Virus record (IMG/VR): IMGVR_UViG_2630968317_000001
Coordinates: 24,162-88,161 of that record
DNA: 64,000 nucleotides
Direction: 5' to 3' (one strand)
Origin: a virus
Lineage: Duplodnaviria; Caudoviricetes
Below, in pieces: positions 57,062 through 64,000 of this stretch. The position numbers and the translations under genes are program-made. Every line of letters begins with the position of its first letter. Position 1 is the first letter of the stretch. The notes below the pieces were generated by a model. That model was not told the origin of the DNA, did no database searches, and saw only the letters and a program-made list of their open reading frames with translations.

Positions 57062-58513
57062 ATGTTAGCAAAAGATGGCGCTTTGTCATTCGACGTCAAT
57101 GCGCAAACAAAGCGGCCTATCAATGCCGCCATACAATTTAGCACGCAAGATATAAACACGGCGCGCCTGTCCTTTAAGCTCACGAAAGATGGCGTCCCTT
57201 TGCCGTTGTCTGCGGTCGTAGGTAAGTTAGTCCTTGCGATGGCGGACGGTAGTCGTTTTGTACGTGCAATCACACTAGTAAATAAGCCGGAAGGACTAGC
57301 CGAATATGTTTTAGCTGCGGATGAGATCCGTCATTACGGCGCAGTAAAAGCCGAGCTGGTTCTTTATTATACGAACGGGCAGGCGCTTTCGATTCACAGA
57401 TTCGGATTCAGCATCGAGCAGTCACTCATCGACCAAGATATCGTCCCTGTAGCGGAATACTATATCGACGACTTTGAAACGCTTCGCGGCCAAATTAACG
57501 ATCTTTACGACGACGTTGTTGCGACCGTGGCGGAAATAGAAGCTAAGTTCGAGGACTTAGATAACGTAGAGACGAAAGCAGGCGCGCAGGAAAAGGTTGA
57601 TCTTCATGCCGGAAATACCGATATTCACGTCACGGCTCAGAAGAAAACGGAATGGGATGCGAAAGAAACGACAGCCGGCGCCCAGGCGAAAGTGACCGCA
57701 CACGCAAACGATTCAGTAAAGCACGTAACTAACGAAGAAAGATCGACCTGGAACTCGAAGGAGACTACGTCGGGATCGCAGCAAAAGGTAGACTTACACG
57801 AAGCGAAATCGGATATACACGTCTCCAGCTCCGATAGATTGAAATGGAACGGTGCTCAACTAGCAAAACTGACATCAGATGACGGTACTTTAAAGTATAT
57901 GTCACAGCCCGATTTAAACACTATTACAACTACAGGATTCTACTATTTAAGCTCTTTGACAACGGAGTTAAATGCACCAGTTAACGGAAACGGCTACCTC
58001 GTTGTTCAAAACTACGGGACGTATCCCTACCAAGAATTTACAACATATAATAACAATACTGCATCTGTGCCCGCGGTTAGACAAAAGTTCTTCCGGAATA
58101 AACGGGCTGCGAGTGATCTTTGGACGCCATGGGCAGAACTGGTGATCGCTAATAGAGATATAGCGTGGCAAACTCCTACGCTATCTAACGGTTGGAAACA
58201 GTATGTATCACCTGACGGATTCCCACACACATTGCGCTATAGCAAGGATGCAATGGGCGTAGTTGAGATAATCGGATCAATCTATGGCGGGACGCTGGGC
58301 AACGATATTGTCGCATTTACTTTGTCGGCAGGATTTCGTCCTCTTCAATCTACGCACTTTATCGGAGTCGCTTCGAGTGTAGGCACGTCAGGAGTACCGC
58401 AATATCATCGAACTTTTATAGGTATTGACGGTCGCGTGTGTATTCAATCATCCTCTAACTCGTCAAACCCGACTGAGTTTATTACGTTTGGATTCCGATT
58501 CAAATCTGCATAG
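57062..58513 (+). CDS. BppU-family baseplate upper protein / tail fibre
   Basis: FSTQDINTARLSF; HVT..K..W..KETT repeats; C-terminus homologous to 346..1758. Confidence 0.82.
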   Translation: MLAKDGALSFDVNAQTKRPINAAIQFSTQDINTARLSFKLTKDGVPLPLSAVVGKLVLAMADGSRFVRAITLVNKPEGLAEYVLAADEIRHYGAVKAELVLYYTNGQALSIHRFGFSIEQSLIDQDIVPVAEYYIDDFETLRGQINDLYDDVVATVAEIEAKFEDLDNVETKAGAQEKVDLHAGNTDIHVTAQKKTEWDAKETTAGAQAKVTAHANDSVKHVTNEERSTWNSKETTSGSQQKVDLHEAKSDIHVSSSDRLKWNGAQLAKLTSDDGTLKYMSQPDLNTITTTGFYYLSSLTTELNAPVNGNGYLVVQNYGTYPYQEFTTYNNNTASVPAVRQKFFRNKRAASDLWTPWAELVIANRDIAWQTPTLSNGWKQYVSPDGFPHTLRYSKDAMGVVEIIGSIYGGTLGNDIVAFTLSAGFRPLQSTHFIGVASSVGTSGVPQYHRTFIGIDGRVCIQSSSNSSNPTEFITFGFRFKSA

Positions 58514-58526
58514 GAGGTGCTTATAC

Positions 58527-58814
58527 ATGATATGGATTTACAAATATGACGAAGAGTACGTTTGGCAGCCCGGAGAGGAGATTCTCGTAGATTTAGAGAA
58601 TGGGGACGAAATTCCGGAAGGTTATACGTCAATACAACCCCAGAATGGCCTTTACATCGCAAAATTTGATCCGGATAAAGAAGAATGGTTTGAATCTGCG
58701 ACGCAGGAATACATCGACGGTTTGCAGCCGGTTATTCAACCTTCCGAAATCGAAATACTACGGCAGCAGCATGCCGAGTTGGTTTTTACGCTAATGATGG
58801 GAGGGGTGATTTAA
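58527..58814 (+). CDS. XkdW-like tail fibre assembly protein
   Basis: WIYKYD...WFESATQEYIDGLQP. Confidence 0.75.
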   Translation: MIWIYKYDEEYVWQPGEEILVDLENGDEIPEGYTSIQPQNGLYIAKFDPDKEEWFESATQEYIDGLQPVIQPSEIEILRQQHAELVFTLMMGGVI

Positions 58815-58954
58815 TGGATTGGTTCGCGATCATCAAGAAGTTTTATGCAGACGGAGACTGGACGAAGGAACAAGTCGCTGCGGCGGTCGTCAAGGGGAAA
58901 ATTACGCCGGAACAATACGAAGAAATTACGGGTGAGCCTTACGTAGAAGCGTAG
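58814..58954 (+). CDS. XkdX-family protein, 46 aa
   Basis: MDWFAIIKKFY...KITPEQYEEITGEPY. Confidence 0.82.
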   Translation: MDWFAIIKKFYADGDWTKEQVAAAVVKGKITPEQYEEITGEPYVEA

Positions 58955-58986
58955 GCTTTTTATTTTGCATTTAAGGAGGATTTGCG

Positions 58987-59298
58987 GTGACTCAACCGAC
59001 TACGCACGAACTTAATGAAAAGATCGCGAAGATACAGGTCGACATCGCCACCATCATCGCAACACAACAACATCAGACACGCATCTTCGAAGAGTTCCGA
59101 GAAATGGCGGCAACGGCGCTATCTAGGGCGGACACGGCTGACGACAAGGCGAGCGAAGCCCTACGTATTGCTAAAACGGCTCGTGACGATCTACGAGAAT
59201 ACCGCGATCAGGTTAAAGGTGATCGACGTTGGCTTATCGGGATTGCAGTTCCGGTAATGCTGGCGTTGGTGCCGGTTCTGTTCCGTTATTACTTCTAA
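58987..59298 (+). CDS. XhlA-like coiled-coil/TM lysis accessory protein
   Basis: Coiled coil plus C-terminal RWLIGIAV TM; upstream of endolysin. Confidence 0.7.
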   Translation: MTQPTTHELNEKIAKIQVDIATIIATQQHQTRIFEEFREMAATALSRADTADDKASEALRIAKTARDDLREYRDQVKGDRRWLIGIAVPVMLALVPVLFRYYF

Positions 59299-59323
59299 AT
59301 AAAACGAAAAGGGAGACGATTAT

Positions 59324-60157
59324 ATGACGATTAAAGTACGAAAAATGCTCGTACCTTCTGCGAAAACTTCAATTAAATGCCCGTATTCCATGAACGCGAA
59401 ATACATCACGTTTCACAATACGGCAAATGATGCGCCTGCGGAAAATGAAATTACGTACATGCGGAATAACAACGCAACTGTTTCGTACCACTTCGCAGTT
59501 GACGATAAGGAAGTTATTCAAGGTATCGAGACAAATAGAAACGCATGGCATTGCGGAGATGGAGACGGCGTAACTAGCGGAAACAGAACGTCAATTGGCG
59601 TCGAAGTTTGTTATTCAAAATCCGGTGGCGATCGGTATAAAAAGGCGGAAGCATTAGCGATTAAATTCATTGCGCAGCTTCTAAAAGAGCGCGGCTGGGG
59701 CGTCGATCGCGTTAAGAAGCACGAAGATTGGAGCGGAAAGCACTGTCCGCATCGTGTGTTAGACGAAGGTCGTTGGAACGCAGTTAAGGCGGCTATTGCT
59801 AAGGAACTCGCTTCTTTAAACGGAAGCAAGGCGCCAGCTAAAACGGGAACAGCGACTAAGCCGGTGAAGACGTCTAAACCGTCATCCAAAAAACTAACGG
59901 TTCCGACTGGCGTGATTCGTCAGGGCGCGAAAGGAACGGCCGTCACGCAACTTCAGAACGCACTAGCAGCCGTTTATTTCTACCCGGACAAAGGGGCGAA
60001 GAATAACGGCATCGACGGCATCTACGGTCCGAAAACGGCAAACGCAGTCAAACGATTCCAATCGACGCAGTCCGGCATTGCAAACGACGGTATTTACGGG
60101 CCAGCGACACGCGCCAAACTGGTGGCGGCACTAAAGAAAGCGGGGTATAGCGTATGA
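59324..60157 (+). CDS. Endolysin, N-acetylmuramoyl-L-alanine amidase
   Basis: YITFHNTAN; SYHFAVDD; AWHCGDG; SIGVEVC; WSGKHCP; PG-binding domain. Confidence 0.92.
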   Translation: MTIKVRKMLVPSAKTSIKCPYSMNAKYITFHNTANDAPAENEITYMRNNNATVSYHFAVDDKEVIQGIETNRNAWHCGDGDGVTSGNRTSIGVEVCYSKSGGDRYKKAEALAIKFIAQLLKERGWGVDRVKKHEDWSGKHCPHRVLDEGRWNAVKAAIAKELASLNGSKAPAKTGTATKPVKTSKPSSKKLTVPTGVIRQGAKGTAVTQLQNALAAVYFYPDKGAKNNGIDGIYGPKTANAVKRFQSTQSGIANDGIYGPATRAKLVAALKKAGYSV

Positions 60158-60393
60158 AGACGAATATTAGCGCAGGAACGGTGACTCGATTTATTCTGCT
60201 TGCGTTGGCTCTCGTAAACAGCGGGCTAACGATGTTTGGCGTGCAGACTATTCCGGTAGATGAAGCGGCAGTGTCCGACTTTATTGCGCTGCTGTTCCTC
60301 GGGGCAACTTCGCTATGGGCGTACTGGAAAAACAACGACGTTTCTAAGAAGGCGCGCGAAAGAAAAGCGTTAGATGAAGTCGGCAAGAAATAA
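60154..60393 (+). CDS. SPP1-family holin
   Basis: SAGTVTRFILLALALVN...WAYWKNN. Confidence 0.85.
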   Translation: MKTNISAGTVTRFILLALALVNSGLTMFGVQTIPVDEAAVSDFIALLFLGATSLWAYWKNNDVSKKARERKALDEVGKK

Positions 60394-60484
60394 TCGGAAC
60401 TTTTGGCGGTTGCTTACGTATAAAACGTAGGTAGCCGTCGTACATAACAATGACGTATAATTAAAAGAAAAAGGTCGTGGTTAA

Positions 60485-61036
60485 ATGAAGCGTGTCAGAC
60501 TACTTTTTTCTATAGTAATAGCCTTGCTGATAATTGCGGGGTGTTCGTCGAATACTCAGCCGAGCAATAAAGACGAAGAAGTACAAGCAAAAGAAACCGA
60601 CGTAAACGATAATTTGCGTGAGGACAGCGATCTGTGGGCTTATAGTTCGGAGATTAATGACGAGGATAATATCGACGGACTGAATATAAAAGTTGATCGA
60701 ATTCTCATTTCGCCATCAAGCGCTCATATCGCGATAAAAGGTTCGATTGAAAATATCGGACATTCTTCCTTCGAAGCATTTCCGGCATCCGAAACGATTA
60801 AGCTAAATACTGGCGAAGAACTCGGTCCGGAAGAATTAATCAAAGTATCGGAAGAAGGTACGTCTAAGCTGAAGAACAAAGGCGATAGACTCGACTTCTT
60901 TTACGCATGGCCTATGTCAAATACGTCTCCAAACGAAGTAACTAGCGTTAGCTTATCGTGGAAAATTTACGAAATGGCCGGAAAGGACGTCTCTGACTCG
61001 ACTTCATTTTCTCGCGAATATACGTTTAATCAATAA
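60485..61036 (+). CDS. Lipoprotein (moron)
   Basis: Lipobox IAGC. Confidence 0.8.
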   Translation: MKRVRLLFSIVIALLIIAGCSSNTQPSNKDEEVQAKETDVNDNLREDSDLWAYSSEINDEDNIDGLNIKVDRILISPSSAHIAIKGSIENIGHSSFEAFPASETIKLNTGEELGPEELIKVSEEGTSKLKNKGDRLDFFYAWPMSNTSPNEVTSVSLSWKIYEMAGKDVSDSTSFSREYTFNQ

Positions 61037-61053
61037 TGAAAAGCCCCGTCCCT
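61019..61053. terminator. Bidirectional terminator
   Basis: GCCCCGTCC-CTAACC-GGATGGGGC flanked by A/T runs. Confidence 0.7.
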
Positions 61054-61396
61054 AACCGGATGGGGCGTTTTTTACGTTCAGTATATCCGCAAACTTAACG
61101 AAATTAGTATCGCCTCGATTATCCTTCACACGAAATTCCTTCCGTAGGTGATCCACGTACACAACGCGACCATTTACTTCACGAATGAAGCCGTCATCGT
61201 ATAGTTCGAAATTTAGCGACATATCTTCGCTGACTGCCGAAGAAATAACGAACTCAAATTCGGCGAATTGTTCTTCGCTTAATACCGGCCGATCTATCTT
61301 CTGCTTCGCGAGACGTAATTGACGCAAAGCTTCGTTGTGCTCGGGCAATATAAACTTCATTTTCCAGCGGTTCTGATCCTTTCGTTCGTCCCACAT
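61052..61396 (-). CDS. YolD-like protein
   Basis: KFILPEHNEAL...RPVLSEEQ...LYDDG...VKFADIL. Confidence 0.85.
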   Translation of the reverse strand: MWDERKDQNRWKMKFILPEHNEALRQLRLAKQKIDRPVLSEEQFAEFEFVISSAVSEDMSLNFELYDDGFIREVNGRVVYVDHLRKEFRVKDNRGDTNFVKFADILNVKNAPSG

Positions 61397-61423
61397 CGGC
61401 GACACCTCCGGTTAAATTATAAC

Positions 61424-61437
61424 CGAATGTGTGTTCG
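61424..61437 (-). promoter_or_regulatory. LexA/DinR SOS box
   Basis: CGAACACACATTCG (minus strand) between TTGATG and TATAAT of the yolD-like promoter. Confidence 0.75.
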
Positions 61438-61441
61438 TTCA

Positions 61442-61693
61442 TCAATCGTTACTTTTATACACTTTATTCATAGCTTCTCTCAACTGTTCGTTAATAGATG
61501 GCGCGTCTGTTTCTATTTTTATCAGAAGGTCATTAAGATACTCTTCTATTTGCATCGCGTTGGTGTATAGAGATCCATCACTTCTGTTATTAGTTAACTC
61601 ATAAATCTTGTCGTTTTTTAATTCTTTTAGTTTATTTGTGATCTTCGAAATTTCTCTAGAATAACGTTGGATCGTACCATTAGAATTTTCCAC
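61442..61693 (-). CDS. Hypothetical protein
   Basis: RBS AAGGGAG; GTG start. Confidence 0.65.
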   Translation of the reverse strand: MENSNGTIQRYSREISKITNKLKELKNDKIYELTNNRSDGSLYTNAMQIEEYLNDLLIKIETDAPSINEQLREAMNKVYKSND

Positions 61694-61750
61694 GCTTCAA
61701 CAACTCCCTTTTCGTTATATGCTCCATCAAGCCAGTTTATAAAATTCTGA

Positions 61751-61966
61751 TTACCCTTCTTTTTCAATTATTATCAATTCGGAAATATCGTCTATCTCAA
61801 ACGTATTGATGATACGGTTTAAATGATCGACAGAAATTCTTGCTACGTGATTACGTGCTAGTTGCGAGATGGCGGCTTGGCGTATTCCAGCCTTCTCTGC
61901 AAATTCAACCTGAGTCAATCCGTGCTGTTCCATAAGTTTATCGATGCGCAAAACGACATGCCTCAT
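61751..61966 (-). CDS. XRE/Cro-C1 HTH regulator
   Basis: LTQVEFAEKAGIRQAAISQLARN. Confidence 0.88.
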   Translation of the reverse strand: MRHVVLRIDKLMEQHGLTQVEFAEKAGIRQAAISQLARNHVARISVDHLNRIINTFEIDDISELIIIEKEG

Positions 61967-62109
61967 AAGGGACCTCCGTTGCTTTTTTGCTTATTATACC
62001 GTATCTATTCGTTTACGTAAATACGTATAAACGTAATTATTTTCGTTGACTTATTATACGCATAAGCGTAATATACGTATTAACGAATAAAAGTATAGGA
62101 GGTATCGAT

Positions 62110-62901
62110 ATGCATTACTTAGCGGAACACCAAACGTTCTCGTCGACGCAGGACCTAAATAAGGCTGTCTACGAGCACATCAAACGAAATTCATACGACC
62201 TATCCGACACAGCGCGGGTCGCACTCAAACAAATCGCACGTTATGCGGTTAAGTTCGCAGGCGCGGCGCATCTCAAAGCGGAAACTCTAGCGGACCTAAT
62301 AGGTAAATCCGTCAAGACGGCACGCCGTGTTCTTAATCAATTGGCAGCGCTGAACATCGTTAAGAAGGTCGCAACGACACGTAAAATCAACGGAGGCAAG
62401 GGCGCAAACATAATCGTCATCTTACCGTTAGCTGCGAATGACCAGTCGACAATGTCCACTCGACCAGCGCCGGAAAACGCCGATGTGCCAACGGCTGAGA
62501 CGCCAAAAATCGAAAATGAACCATCGGATTCTATTAATCAATTAAATCAAAAGCACGTTAAAGATACGGCTACGGTTCCGGCTGAAGCGCTGAAAAACTC
62601 GTTGCCAACGGAAATCTACAACGCTATGAGTCGCTACTTTGACGCAGCAGAAATCTATAAATATTACGGCTTGTTATTGCGTGCTAAGGCTTCCGTAGAT
62701 CCTTCGCTAATGATCGAGCATGATCCGGTGCCTTTCGTAGATGCGTGGCACAAGACGATACTCAAAGCGAAATTGAACGAAATTAGCCGTTTTGATGACT
62801 ACGTATACATTGCGTTCCAACGGGCAGCAAGCGAGGCAAAACGTAGGAAAATGCGTGCTAAATTAGAGGCGTTCGAGGCGTTTCTGTCTGACGGGGAGTA
62901 A
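62110..62901 (+). CDS. HTH replication-protein-like protein
   Basis: LKAETLADLIGKSVKTARRVLNQL...GGKGANI; SigA promoter TTGACT-17-TAATAT upstream. Confidence 0.72.
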   Translation: MHYLAEHQTFSSTQDLNKAVYEHIKRNSYDLSDTARVALKQIARYAVKFAGAAHLKAETLADLIGKSVKTARRVLNQLAALNIVKKVATTRKINGGKGANIIVILPLAANDQSTMSTRPAPENADVPTAETPKIENEPSDSINQLNQKHVKDTATVPAEALKNSLPTEIYNAMSRYFDAAEIYKYYGLLLRAKASVDPSLMIEHDPVPFVDAWHKTILKAKLNEISRFDDYVYIAFQRAASEAKRRKMRAKLEAFEAFLSDGE

Positions 62902-62938
62902 CTGAACGCAGAAAAAAAAAGACGGCAACTAAGCCGTC

Positions 62939-64000
62939 CTATCGTTTCCGAAATGTCTTTCGTTCCTTATTTAACTTCTCCGTTATTTGAACAAGCGGAG
63001 AATGTTTCGAATGTTGTTCTTTAAGCGAGCTTTTCGACAAGTGAGTATACCGTTTAACCATCCGCATATCTCGATGGCCAAGCATCGCCTGTAAATGACG
63101 GATATCTCCGCCGTTTTCTAAGTACATTGTAGCGCCAGTATGTCGGAATAAGTGAGGGTGTACCTTCTTAGTAATGCCTACTTGTTCTGCGTATCTATTT
63201 AATTGTTTCCGAAAATGGTTCGTTTCTAATTGTTCTCCGTAGTTACTTAAGAATACGAAGGGACTATCGAAGTCTTCGTTTTCCATAAGAAGTTCTTTTA
63301 TTAAATTCATCGTTTTTCTTTCGAGAGGGACGAATCTGCCTTGACGTGTTTTAACGTCCCAGGCGCTGAAGTAAACGGTACTTGACGCATAATCTACGTT
63401 TTCTTTCGTTAATGATAAGATTTCACCGATCCGCGCCATTGAATCGATTAGAAACGTCATGATCACATAGTCGCGGAATCCAACGAATGTTCTTTGATCC
63501 GGCGCGCTTAAAAGCATTCTAAGTTCATCCGGAGACAATATATTTACCATTTCTTCCGGATCATTAACTAGCTTCGTATCATCAAACGGATTTAGTAGTA
63601 CCGATCCTTCGCGTTGAGCAAAACGAAAGAGCGTCCGCAATGTTTTTATATAATCGTTTACAGATTTCGGCGACATGCCAGGCGTTTTGTGTTCGTCTTT
63701 TTTGAACTTGTGGCCGTCGAATTTAACCCGTTCGTGCAACAAATACGCAACAAAGCCGCGAGCAAAATCAACGTCTATGTCACGTATGTCATTGTCTAGT
63801 CCGATCATCCGTGCGTATTCTAATAAGTAACGACACGCTCTCCGGTACCGATCGATAGTTTCCGGTGCTCTATTTTCCGCGAGCTTTGCTTCGCATATTT
63901 TCTCGCAGATGACCGAGATTGAATACGTTTTGCCGCGCGTGGTTTTAGTGATCGTTCTCTCCGCCTTAACACGCTTACCTTTCCGTCGTTCTGAATGCAT
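62939..64000 (-). CDS. int: Prophage integrase (tyrosine recombinase); start at window edge
   Basis: ARIGEIL; HPHLFRHT; LGHRD; VKRYTH. Confidence 0.93.
   Translation of the reverse strand: MHSERRKGKRVKAERTITKTTRGKTYSISVICEKICEAKLAENRAPETIDRYRRACRYLLEYARMIGLDNDIRDIDVDFARGFVAYLLHERVKFDGHKFKKDEHKTPGMSPKSVNDYIKTLRTLFRFAQREGSVLLNPFDDTKLVNDPEEMVNILSPDELRMLLSAPDQRTFVGFRDYVIMTFLIDSMARIGEILSLTKENVDYASSTVYFSAWDVKTRQGRFVPLERKTMNLIKELLMENEDFDSPFVFLSNYGEQLETNHFRKQLNRYAEQVGITKKVHPHLFRHTGATMYLENGGDIRHLQAMLGHRDMRMVKRYTHLSKSSLKEQHSKHSPLVQITEKLNKERKTFRKR

Larger units (their letters stand above)
3973..64000. mobile_element. ~60 kb temperate siphovirus-type prophage integrated in tRNA-Ala(GGC); right att outside window
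   Basis: att fragment at left, integrase at right; replication, packaging, head, tail and lysis modules present. Confidence 0.92.

Overview
Bacillus chromosome, probably B. pumilus/subtilis group (inferred from the PBSX-type xkd/xly genes). Bases 1-3.6 kb are the distal end of a PBSX-like defective prophage (tail fibre, XkdW/XkdX-like, BhlA, holin, amidase). Bases ~3973-64000 are a ~60 kb, apparently nearly complete temperate siphophage integrated in tRNA-Ala(GGC): the displaced 3' half of the tRNA is at 3973-4015 and the integrase is at the right edge. It carries replication genes (HTH initiator, DnaC-like loader, DnaB-like helicase, primase, SSB, PolA, RuvC), nucleotide-metabolism genes (nrdIEF, deleted dut, HNH, thyX, dNMP kinase), and head, tail and lysis modules. 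Signals the ORF track does not show: (i) an arbitrium aimR-aimP pair (44-aa AimP ending EIKVGG) directly upstream of a sigma-like gene; (ii) an exact motif AATGTCCCGATT-N9-CACATGCGACTGTA in three copies, one in front of that sigma-like gene; (iii) a ~430-nt structured RNA cluster with two tRNA-like folds whose anticodon arm is replaced or absent; (iv) a stand-alone tyrosine recombinase with two related palindromic sites; (v) several small ORFs. All calls are by eye and no database search was run.
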